Assembly: GCF_006345805.1 (NCBI RefSeq)
Contig: NW_021833424.1
Span: forward strand, 1 to 64,000
Reading direction: 5' to 3'
From: Octopus sinensis
Taxonomy: Eukaryota
DNA: 64,000 nt
The position numbers and the translations under genes are program-made. The number at the start of each line of letters is the position of its first letter. The first letter of the stretch is position 1. Below the pieces are notes generated by a model that searched no databases, was not told the DNA's origin, and saw only the letters and a program-made list of their open reading frames with translations. Shown here in pieces: positions 1-11,732 of this stretch.

Positions 1-292
1 GGAAGTCAGGAGAAAAACATCTTCAAAAGTTGAATATTTGAAGTGGTTACAGACGGGATATGTTAACAAGTAACTGCTGCCGCCTTTATCAATATGACAT
101 GTGATTCTTCATGTTTGGACATAAATACTTATATATGTACACTCACAGGCACACACGTGTTGATATGATATATACACACATACATATATGCATACACGTA
201 AATATATACTTATTTAAAATATATATAGAGAGAGAGACAGAAACAAAAGAGATGATACCGGAAAAACCAATTGTTATGTAACGAATTTCATT

Positions 293-372
293 AGCTTACA
301 GCTGTTTCTGCTGCAGATGTGGTGGGCTGTTAGTTGAATGCCAGGATAACATCTTATAGCTTCTTCAGAGCC
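293..372 (-). ncRNA. Type-I hammerhead ribozyme motif with extended stem II
   Basis: Minus strand reads GGCT-CTGAAGA-A-GCT..AGATGT..ACATCT..AGC-A-GAAAC-AGCT-GTA|AGCT. Intact core, stem I GGCU/AGCU, palindromic stem III ACAGCUGU, GUA cleavage triplet. Confidence 0.7.
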
Positions 373-1067
373 TTGAATATAAAGTGCACTTTATTTGGGA
401 TTATTACATTTTCAGAACATAAAGGCCTTATGAGTGAGAAAGTTTGTGGATGGTTATGGAAAGTTCTTCTCACGGTAGAAAAATGTATGCAAATACGCGC
501 ATGCGTTTAAGAATTAAATGGGAGATACATGGGTGACTAGCATAAATATATATAGATGCCCTTAAGGCCAAGGCTGACAGGAAGGGCAAGATCAAAAGCA
601 AGAACGCAAAACGCCAAAAGGAGAAACGAAGAAGCACAAGGACAGAAAGTGATAGAGTCTAGGTTGTATATGAATGAGAATTTAACTTAAATGGTATCCG
701 CTGGTATGGAGACAGGGGAAAGGGCTGCAGCTTTGCTCATCCCAAATCTTATCGGAAGAACAAGCAGGGTAACAACCTGAAAGAGAACCAGCAAAAACAT
801 AGAGAGAAACCATCAAGCATGGACCTGAAGGCTAATAGCGCACAAACAGGAAGAAACGAGTCTGAAAAGAGTAGGAAAAGAGATCAGCACATGCACTCTG
901 CATCCCTCAAAAGGCAATCTCCAGAGGCTGTATGAACATTGCCCAGAAGACAGCTACTGACATGGATGCACAGGATGCAAACTCAAAGCCATATATTCCA
1001 GTGCACAAGACCGCCTCAGGTAACAGGCCCAGAATGGCCACACTAACACCTACTCAGATATCGCATC

Positions 1068-2129
1068 CATATTCCTATTGAACATCGGAGGTCTGCCAAA
1101 ACTCAGCAACAGAGGTTAAGACTTTGCTGTATGCAATCAAGCAAGATGCATGGCACTCACTGAAACGCATCTAACTCTTAATGTAACAGGTGCGGAAGAG
1201 TACATACCAGGGTATGCTAAATTTCGTACAGACAGAAGGGGAAGAAGCCACAGTGGAATTACTATGTACACCCGTGAAGATGTCACACCTCTTGTATTAT
1301 TGTCACATTCAAACTCAGTTTGCGGTACTTTAATAATACGTATAAAGCAATTTGATGTAGTTGTATGCACAATATATCGTCCGTCGAATACCACAAAATA
1401 TGATGGCAAATTTGAGGATAGCTTCAAACACATCGAAGAGGTATTAACAAACCTAGATCAGAACATCAACATACTCTTCCTGGGTGACTTCAACCTCCCA
1501 CATTTTAAATGGCCAGAAGGCCACATCTTCTCTGGAATATCACTGCATGAACAAATGCATGTAGAGTCATTACTTGAACTTTCTAATATTCTGTTTATGG
1601 AGCAAGTGGTATTCAGGCCAACCCAGGGAAATAACATCTTGGGACCTCTGCTTCACAAATAATGTGGACCTTATCCATAATGTGAAGGTGATACCAACAG
1701 CACTCTCAGACCACAACATTGTTGAACTAACCATGTATGGTCCTGAGCGAACTGCTGGTATCTAACCTATCAAGAGGACACAAGCCTTATCCAACCAGTT
1801 TCGTTTGTGGATCTCCGCAGTGATCCACAAACGAAACTGGTCCAACATTCTATGAATGCAAAACATTAACTTGAAACTCAACCAGTTTTGTCAACAGTGC
1901 AAGCTATATGCATTAAATATACCCGAGAAAGAAAGGCCAGCACACTGACAAACAAGATTCTCGGGGACAGAAACATCCTTATGAGATGCAGGTCAAAGGT
2001 ATCAAAGCGGCTGAAAAGGCAACTGAAGGACAGGAAAAAGTCTGTATTAATACGGACACTACTAGAAATCGAAAACAAGATCAAACTCACATAAGGGAAA
2101 GAGCAGAGAGAGAGAGAGAGAGAGAGAGT

Positions 2130-2173
<44 letters not shown>

Positions 2174-2860
2174 TAGAAAGAGCTGTGGAAAGTATAAAAC
2201 CAAATCCCAAAGCTTTCTATGAATTCGCAAAAGAAACAACCACAATACAATATAAAATATGACCATTGTACCAAGGGAATGACTCACTGAATGCGGACCC
2301 AGGAAGGATAAGTGAGACACTCAGCGAACAATTTAAATGTATCTTCTCTTCTCCCTTGGACACGTGCAAATAATAAACAGGGCTGAATTCTTTAATATTG
2401 CAGCTCTTAAAAAAGAGGCGCCAGCCATTGATTACAACAACATTGAGAAGACAGCTGCAAGAGCGGCCGTAGATGAAATGAGCTCATTCTCTGAACCGGT
2501 CCTGATGGCTTCCCAGCTATTCTCCTGATATCATGTAAGCAAACTTTAGCGAAACCACTTCAGATACTTTCCCAAAGATTCTTTGCAAGTGGTAAACGTC
2601 CTAAAAACTTAAAAAATGGCATTATATGCCCTATCCACAAAGGTGGAAGCAGAACAGAGGCCAGAAACTAATGGCCAACCTCTCTGATTTCACGGAGTAA
2701 AGTCACGGAGCAATCATTAGACAGACGTTTATAATGTTCCTAGAAGAAAAAGACCAAATGAACAATACACAACATGGCTTCTGTCCCGGAAGAAGTTGCC
2801 TCACACAGCACCTACAGCACTCTATGACGGTATTGAAACAGCTGCTTCACCATTCAGATG
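1068..2860 (+). mobile_element. Degraded CR1/L2-group LINE, copy 1: APE endonuclease, linker and N-terminal RT (3'-truncated)
   Basis: EN motifs NIGGL, ALTETHL, VVCTIYRP, FLGDFNLP and DHNIVEL (ORFs 1150-1662 and 1574-1765). Frameshifted ICPIHKGGSR and QHGFCPGRSCL. Homologous to 11733-12460. A possible Cys/His-rich ORF1 remnant lies at about 880-1010. Confidence 0.85.
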
Positions 2861-2923
2861 TCAGATGTCACTTGTGTTTGGGACCTGCTCCATTATGATG
2901 AGAAACTTATCTCCCCCTGTCTG

Positions 2924-2929
<6 letters not shown>

Positions 2930-2960
<31 letters not shown>

Positions 2961-3009
2961 TCTCTCTCTTTCTCTGTCGCTTTCTCTCTGTCTGTCTATC
3001 TATCCATCC

Positions 3010-3106
<97 letters not shown>

Positions 3107-3188
3107 ATCTATCTATCTAACTCTCTATCTATTTATCTATCTATCTATCTATCTATATATCTATCTATCTATCTATCTATCTATCTAG

Positions 3189-3271
<83 letters not shown>

Positions 3272-3300
3272 ATCTATCTATCTCTATCTATCTATCTATT
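2930..3300. repeat. (CT)n followed by long (TCTA)n microsatellite
   Basis: Directly visible tandem repeat; explains the SIYL-type ORFs. Confidence 0.95.
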
Positions 3301-3329
3301 TGTCTGGTCTGTATATCTATGTACAAAGT

Positions 3330-3512
3330 AAGAATTACCAAAATAAAAACAACAAAAGACGAAGACGGGCGTGTAAACAACAAACAGATGTATTAGTTTA
3401 ACGCTCGGGAAGTGAGAAGGTCCTTTATGTTTCGAGCCTACGCTCTTCGACAGAGAGGAACACAGAAATAAACAGGGAGAGAAAATAGAAAAGGTTTTTG
3501 TGGCTAGCGATC
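3330..3512 (-). mobile_element. About 180-bp dispersed element carrying a hammerhead-like motif (family H); degenerate copy
   Basis: Reverse complement matches 10192-10342, 34385-34552 and 63040-63215. Motif at 3422-3457. Confidence 0.7.
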
Positions 3513-3546
3513 TTACATACATAGGATATATACACACACACACACA

Positions 3547-3581
<35 letters not shown>

Positions 3582-3583
3582 CA

Positions 3584-3617
<34 letters not shown>

Positions 3618-3789
3618 TTGTATACATATTGTATGTGTGGTGTGTGTCTGGATTAACACATATTTCTAAAAATCCGACTTAATCTATTGACCTACAAGAG
3701 TGCTGGGCCTTATAATATATAAGGGTATGGAAACATTTATTCGAAATAACTGTAAGGATAAGATTTGATTACGTCTGGCGCACCATAGT

Positions 3790-4060
3790 TTACGATGACG
3801 CGGCAACCCGTTGATTCGATCAACGGAGCAGCTTGCAAATGGATGAGCACTCTACTGACACACGTAGTTCCCGAGAGATCCAGCGTGACTCAAGATGAGA
3901 CAAGGCTGGCTCCTTTGAATTATGTGTACTGCTCACTTTTGCCAGCTGAATGGACTACAACAAAGTGAAATAAAGCGTCTTGCTCAAGGATACAACGTAC
4001 CACCGGGAGTTTAACTCCCGACCTTACGATCGTGAGCCAAATACCATAACCTCTAAGCAA
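3790..4060 (-). mobile_element. SINE family C, diverged copy
   Basis: Matches 11045-11353 (ttgccagctgaatggact, tcttgctcaagga). Confidence 0.7.
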
Positions 4061-4072
4061 CAATAATACATA

Positions 4073-4921
4073 CGTGGTCTGATCAAAGCACGCAAAGTGA
4101 AGCTGTTCGGCAAAGATTGACCTTGACCTCTGCTATGCATGTGCACTAAGCTTTAACGTTCTAGCTTACTTTCGCTGTTTACAGCAGTGCTTGGAAGGAA
4201 GATGTGTAGCGTGTGATCGTCGCATTGAACATGACAAAGTTGAGCAGAGTATCTGCATCAAATTTTGCCAAAAGTTTGGTGATACCTGCTCAGAGGCCAA
4301 CGCAAAGTTTACAAAAACTTTCCATCGGTCACGTCACAATCAAGGAGATCTTATGCAAGTGGAATCCAAGTGTCTTTTTGTCAGCTGAAAGCCGTTTTGG
4401 CACAAACTTGGCAGACACACATCTCATACCCAAATCTTCAGTGATAGTCCACTGAACTGAACCGTAACTGATCTGCACATCCTCTGATTACTCACGGATG
4501 GTGATTCAACGATTTCCCTACACAGCTGCACGCACATCTGCGAATGTTTTTCTCAGTTCTGCTGGTTGCAAGTCTCCCAGAACGTTCGTCAATATCGACA
4601 TTTTTTCGGCCATCTTGGAAACGTCTGAACCACTCGTACACATGTACGCGGCTCATACACTCCTCCACATGCATATTTTGCAACTTTGCGTAGGCCTCTG
4701 AGCAGGTATCACCATGACAACTTTCTCTGTCATGGTCAATGCGATGATGACACGCTACACACCTTCCTTCCAAGCACTGCTGTAAACAGCGGAAGTGAGT
4801 TAGAAGGTTAAAACTTAGTGCGCATGCACAGCAGAGTTCAAAGTCAATCTTCGCCGAGTGCTTTCAGTGTGTCTACTTTAGCTTCGTTACTATGACAACA
4901 GTCCGGATTGGTCAAACCTCG
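4073..4921 (-). mobile_element. Mariner (Tc1/mariner) deletion derivative with an inverted duplicate of its 5' end
   Basis: Flanked by TA at 4071-72 and 4922-23; both ends start CG(A/T)GGT(C/T)TGA(C/T)CAA. Minus-strand transposase remnant EECMSRVHVYEWFRRFQDGRKNVDIDERSGR...LGMRCVSAKFVPKRLSADKK runs to about 4325. 4073-4320 is an inverted copy of the same 5' region. Confidence 0.85.
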
Positions 4922-5479
4922 TATATGATTGATTACATTAATCATATATTTAGTTGCATAAACAATTTTCCGTGGAAATACACTCCTTATTCATACTTTT
5001 ATTAACCTACTTTTTTATGTCTATGCGTATGTTTGTGTGTGTGTGTGTGTGTGTGTGTCAGAGGTGTATGTGTGCGTGTGTATGCCTAGAAATATATATG
5101 CATATAGATATGTGACTTAAACCCGCGTTACTAAAATGTTTCATAGACGTTACTGAAAGTTTCATAGTAATTCTATCTATTTGTCTGCCTGCATATCTGT
5201 CTATTTGTTTGTCTGTCTGTCTGTCTGTCTCTCTGTCTGTCTCTCTGTCTGTATATCTATCTATCAAGCGATATACATACATATATGTATAGGTGTGTGT
5301 GATTTTAAAAGTATTTGCCCTTATATATTATGTAATTGTAGTAATCTTACGGTTCAATATTATATATTATTAGAATTTTAGATTAGTATTTTGTATGATA
5401 TATGTCTGTCTCACAGCATGGTTTTGGACGCGTTCTTGATTGACTGAGTGGTGGAATGGTGGTTCGTCTATAAATTAAT

Positions 5480-5499
<20 letters not shown>

Positions 5500-5518
<19 letters not shown>

Positions 5519-5693
5519 TGATAGAAATGGTAAGACAACAAAAGAATGAAAGACCCTCGATATTATTAATAGAGGAATTCATCTGTAAATATAATATGTG
5601 ACAATTATTCGGTAGCCATGATAAAACTCCGAGTTCCGCCCCGAATCCGAAACTCGAGTTTTATCATGGCTACCGAATATTGTCACATATTAT
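5500..5693. repeat. Fold-back element in a (TA)n tract; arms of about 45 bp at 5591-5635 and 5651-5693
   Basis: Near-perfect inverted repeat. The centre carries CCGAAACTCGAGTT (a hammerhead 3' half). A related copy lies at 31770-31870. Confidence 0.85.
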
Positions 5694-5745
5694 ATATACA
5701 TATATATATACGCACGCACACACACACATATATATATATAAATAT

Positions 5746-5899
5746 AGGTATGGCTGTGTAGAACTTGCTTCCTAACCACATGGCCTTGGGTTCAGTCCCA
5801 CTGCGTTGCATCTTGGGTAATTGTACTCTACTACAGATTCTATCCGATCAAACCCTTGGGAGTGGATTTCGTAGACGGAATCTGAAAGTATCTCGTCGT

Positions 5900-5949
<50 letters not shown>

Positions 5950-6195
5950 TGCGTGTGTGTTGTGTGTGTTTGTGCGTGTTTGTGTGTATATGTGTGTGTG
6001 TGTGTCTTTCATCTGTGTTTCATCACCGCTTGACAACCGGTGTTGGTTTGTTGCGTCCACTGAATCTAGCGGTTTGGCCAAATATGTTCCAGACTTTAAA
6101 AATACAAGTACTGGAGTCGAGTTATTTGACTAAGAATTCTTTAAGGCAGTGCTCCAGCCTGGCCACAGTCTATTGACTGAATCAAGCAAAAGAAT
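5746..6195 (+). mobile_element. SINE family B, diverged, with internal (TG)n
   Basis: Head tggctgtgt..gggttcagtccca, CORE-like catcttgggtaa, tail ccagcctggccacagtctattgactgaa. Confidence 0.8.
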
Positions 6196-6374
6196 AAATG
6201 AATGAAAGAATATTTATATTTACATTCATACATACATGTATACATACGTGCATACATGCATACATTTATATATACATGTATACTTATATATTCATATATG
6301 TATATACTTACACGCGCACACAAACACACACATACACACAACACACACACACACATATATATATACATACATAT

Positions 6375-6441
<67 letters not shown>

Positions 6442-7263
6442 GCGTATCTGTCTGTGTTTGTATGTCAGTGCGTGTGTACACAACATCCTAGTTTTCAAAC
6501 AGACATTTACAATATATTTGTGTCTGCACTCGCATTTCATCTCCTTAAAGAACTATTTTGAGATGGTGTGAGGTCATTCGTAATTGATTTCCTGGAAAAA
6601 TAACAATATACTTCACTTCACGAAAGCTTACAATCTTACAAAGATTACTCAACGCAGCTTCTAAGCTACTTTGATGGCGTTTAAAGTGTTTCGTACGTGA
6701 GGCCGCGCACATTCTACGTGCCACATCTTCCAGTTCTCCACCTCTAGTGCTACTTCCCTTAATAACCACATTATTAACCCGCCACTCCTCCTGTACTATC
6801 TTTCCTCCTCTCACCATTCCGTCTTAATACACTTACCCCCACCCCCACCCCCAATAACGCCACAGACTTTCCTATTTCCCCCCTATAATACAGCCAGCTC
6901 TCCACATTTAATCATTTCACCTTTGAACTTCTCTGCGATAAGATCTGACATGTAGGATCTTCTCTACCCTGATGGAGGAAGCGCGTCTCATCCAATGTTG
7001 ATTGCGTCCATTACGGCCACATATCGTGATGAACTACATCTACCAACATTATAACGGATCTCCGCACCTCCAGGAACAGCTGTTGGACTTATAACACCTT
7101 TCTTCCACGCCTTTAATTTTCTCTGTCATTTGTACTCTCTGAAAGATGGACCTATCAGTATAAATATCTTTATATTTACACTTAGAAATTCATCACCTGA
7201 AAGTCCACTTTGGCTTTCTCTTGCTTTGCGTATAATACATACATACATACATACATACATCAC

Positions 7264-7357
<94 letters not shown>

Positions 7358-8494
7358 TTCTGTATTTCGTACCTAAACTATTATATTCAAGATATTTACT
7401 GTATCTAATTTGTTTATCCGCATAATTGCCACCCTCTCTCTCATTATATATATATATTATATATATATATATATATATGCTTTCAGATTGGTTCAAGCGA
7501 CGTCATCCTTCGCTACTGGTCACACCAAACAAATGACGTCACCAAGAAGTCAACCAGCCAGCTGGGCTTCTGCTAAAACAAAACTATTTGGCCAGAACTT
7601 CCAAAAACCACGTGACCTATTAAGCTCAACCAGACGGACAAAATCAAGTAATGTCATAAAATGTACAAGCAATCAGTACTTTAGAATAAAGATTATTTGC
7701 CAACATAAAATGGCAGTCCTGGTTTAGAACGAATATTGCCTTGTTCGAAAATATATGGACACAGATGGTGTCGTATAGCCAGCTGGGTATCTTCTCCAGC
7801 TGGCTATACGACTAAATTACAGCAACATTCATCGTAAACCAGGACTGCCATGTTATGATGGCAAACAATCTTTACTCCAAAGTACTGTTGCTGAATATCT
7901 CTCGTTGTGAGATTTACAAATAGCAATTTTCTAATCAGAACTTGATTGTTTACCGTAAAAACATAAATGTATAAAACACTGTTTTAACCTGAACCAATTC
8001 GAATTTGCATCCGCAAAGCCAGCGGCGAATATTCCTCCTGCATGCACTGCGATAAATATTGTAAAAGCACCTTTTTTGTTTTATTTCTTTCCTTCTTTCT
8101 CCCTTATTCTTTTAAAAATCTTCATCGTATCCAATTATTAATATAACTCAGTATAACTCTATACTTTCATCAAATATGACTATTACGAAATTCATCGAAC
8201 CCTGGAACTTGTATAACTGTTTATATCTGTGAAACTTATTGTTTTTCCGAAATTTTCCTTGAAAATTGAGAAATCTAATGGATGCAAATTAAATTATTAA
8301 TTAACTTATTCACCTACAATTGTTTCATTTTACAAAGGATACGACGCTATGTAAAGCTGCACTGAAATGTATGCTAGCAAAGATGTTAGCGGGTAACGAA
8401 CTTAAAAACTTTTCGTCTTACATCTAAGAAGAACATCGGAAAATGGAAAACCAGATCGGATAATCTAGGACCCGAGTTTCGGACTTTCCGAAAT

Positions 8495-9130
8495 ATGGTT
8501 CACAATTGTACAAAAAGCAAAGAAATAAAACACAGAAGAGGGATTAACACACAACGTGAATTAGTGTGGTGCTCAGGAAAAAAACAAGAGACTAAGGCTT
8601 GAAGCGTACGTTCTTAGACAGAAAGGAAAGAGGAAAGAAAATTAGATGGGAAGAGAAAAAAGGGGAGGGGGACAGATACCAGCTTAAACACTCAAATAAA
8701 TCCTTATTAGAAACCACATAGACAAATCCCATACCCAACTGTGACAAAATGTGGAACAAATTGCTTATATCTAATGGAAGGACCAGAATTCAAATTTAAA
8801 GTTGGGGAAACCTTTAAAGTAAAAAGTAAACGTAAACCTCACCCGTAACTCCGAAAATTTAATCTATGCAATAACATGCGGTCGATGCCAACAAACCTAT
8901 ATAGGTCAGACGGGCATTTCATTACGCAAAAGAATCACAATACACCGCCAACAGGTCCGAGACGAGAGCACAAAGAAGATTCCCCTAAATAGTCACTATG
9001 CAAACTGTGCAGGAACGGTTTTAGCCATTTTAAAATCTTCCCTTTCTACAAGTGTTCGGACTCTTTAACCCAACAACGGATAATAAACGGGGGAAAACAA
9101 TTCACCAGAATTAAATATCGAAATACCCAC
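8495..9130 (+). mobile_element. Penelope-like element 3' ORF remnant (Cys linker and GIY-YIG endonuclease)
   Basis: Manual translation gives KCGTNCLYLMEGPEFKFKVGETFKV, then a frameshift, then SENLIYAITCGRCQQTYIGQTGISLRKRITIHRQQVRD from 8850. This is the GIY-YIG signature typical of PLEs. Confidence 0.8.
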
Positions 9131-9864
9131 TATTAATCAATAAATAAGGACCTGTCACACACACATACACACCAATAGCACACACATACACATACAAAAC
9201 ATTTTCATAAAACCAAACGCACAACATAAATCCACACACCACAAATTACAGAACATATTTCCAAAACAAAAAACATACACCACAATAAACGCAATAAATA
9301 AATACACACATACTTCACTTGAAACATACGTACACACAAACACACAAACACACAACAACAACAACAAATAAAAAGTAATTCTTTCCAAATCCTTTGAATG
9401 ACCATCCTTAAAAAACCTCTTAACCGCAAACCATATGCTCTCAATAGAAAAATGAAAACATGAAAAATGTTTTGACAATATATTCAAAACACACACACAC
9501 ACATTCCCTATTCAATTCAAAAGACTTCTTTTCAATGGAATTCCTGAAACTGCGTCACTTGAACCCCCACCTCAAACCTACGAAGACAAAACATATATAA
9601 GAAGTCACTCTAAATTAAAATTTTACTTTGCTCAAAAACGTGGGTACAAACTGTTAACCCCCAACATTTTTCTCTTTGACTCACCCCAAAATTCTTTCAA
9701 ATATTTGATAAGATGGCTACACCGATACCGGGGATATTTTAAATCACTCACTCTAACAAAAAATCAAACATTCCCTAAAATTTACGTGTGTGCCTTTTCC
9801 AGCATTTATTTACTTTTTTAACCATAATTTTTATATTTGTATGGACTCTTAACCCCTTTTGGAC

Positions 9865-9919
<55 letters not shown>

Positions 9920-10191
9920 TGTGTGTGTGCTTGCGTGTGTGTGTGTGTGTATGTCTATCTATCTATCTATATACATGTATACATGTGCATATATATATAT
10001 ATATATACATGTCTACCCCACACCATCATCCACACACCTACACATGCATACGTCAAGGTCACCAGCCCTCTTCCGCACGCACATACATGCTCTCTTATAC
10101 ACACGCACCTTCGTTTTGGGATCACCACTACTTTATTATGTCTCCTTCTTCCTAGCTCTCTTGTGTGACCCCTCTGTCCGGCATTCGCTAT

Positions 10192-10342
10192 GATAGATCG
10201 CTAGCCAATACCTTTTTATTTTCTCTCCTTGTTTCTTTCTGTGTTCCTTTCTGTGGAAGAGCGTAGGCTCGAAACGTTAAAGATCTTTTCAGTTCCCGAG
10301 CGTTAAACTATGTCTGTTTGTTGTCTACACCACCTGTCTTCA
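10192..10342 (+). mobile_element. Family H element with hammerhead-like motif at 10247-10282
   Basis: CTTT-CTGTGGA-A-GAGC-GTAG-GCTC-GAAAC-GTT|AAAG. Confidence 0.7.
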
Positions 10343-10365
10343 CACACACACACACACACACACAA

Positions 10366-10406
<41 letters not shown>

Positions 10407-11044
10407 CAAATCTTTGTGAGTGGATTTCGTAGACGGAAACTGAAAGAACCCCGGTTTACGTCCCCGTAACTCATCGAGTTTGCAAAAGAGGCCGACACAA
10501 AGAATAAGTCCTTGTGTCGATTTGTGCGATTATAAGCGGTGCTGCAGCATGGCCGCAGTCAAATGACTGAAACAAGTAAAAGAATAAAAGAATATACACG
10601 CACACATTTTTTTTCTTTCTCAGTAGCTTAAAAGTAGAATCGAGTGGCCTTGAAGTTTTGATTGCATGACTGCTACCAATGACCCAGCCTCAGTGTGGAG
10701 TATAATTTTGTTAATAATTTTGCTAAACGGAACAAACACCATTGATGTCGAAGCCCAAGCTGAATCGAGAATGCGACGGCAGCCATTTTCATAACACACA
10801 TATCTCTTTAGAAACAAAACCCACCGCGCAACTTTTTACTTCGTCTCGAATTTCAATAACGTTTATTTTATTTTATTTTGTTTGTTTTTCAAATAGTCTT
10901 TCTCGATGCGTCTCAGTATCTCTTTCTCTTCACTCATTTCACTTTATATTACTGCGCCAAACTATTCCAAAAATTTCGAGTACAACACAGCAAAAGACGC
11001 GCCCTTAAACACTCGTACATATACATACATTATATATATTAGGA

Positions 11045-11353
11045 GTACTCCGTCGGTTACGACGACGAGGGTCCCAGCTGATACGGAACAGCTTGCTCAT
11101 GAAATTAACGTGTAAGTGGCTGAGCACTCCACAGACACGAGTACCCTTAACGTAGTTCTCAGGGAGATTCAGCGTGACACAGAGTGTGACAAGTCCGGCC
11201 CTTTGAATTACTGGTACAACTCATTTTTGCCAGCTGAGTGGACTGGATCAACGTGAAATGAAGTGTCTTGCTCAAGGACAGAATGTGTTGTCGGGTATAG
11301 AACTCAGGACCGTATGATCGTGATCCGAATGCCCTAACCACTAAGCCACGCGC
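11045..11353 (-). mobile_element. SINE family C, near full length (tRNA-like head, V/CORE-like middle)
   Basis: Head gcgtggcttagtggttagggcattcgg; tgtccttgagcaagacactt; tail ends cgtcgtcgtaaccgacggagtac. Confidence 0.85.
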
Positions 11354-11357
11354 TTTT

Positions 11358-11393
<36 letters not shown>

Positions 11394-11687
11394 GTATGTA
11401 TATATGTGTGTGTGCGCGCGTGTGTAGATAAGTGTGTGTATATATGGAATCTACTCACATATTCATGTCCACAAGAGAATATAATCTGCTGTATTATACA
11501 GATTATGAAATTAAGACGATGACATAAGTATAAAAAATGTATGAAATAGGCTAAAAGTAAAGAAAAAAAACATTATTTCAGCGTCTACATATTTTCCGTG
11601 TCTTCAATGTTATACGATACAATGCAAATTTCGATGTAATACCAATCGTATAACCATATGTGTACGTGTGTGTGTGTTTATGTATTG

Positions 11688-11719
<32 letters not shown>

Positions 11720-11732
11720 ATATATATATATA

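Noticed and set aside
6540-7130. Possible L1/Tx1-like remnant
   Set aside because: Only a vague resemblance with stops in all frames; not supportable without a search.
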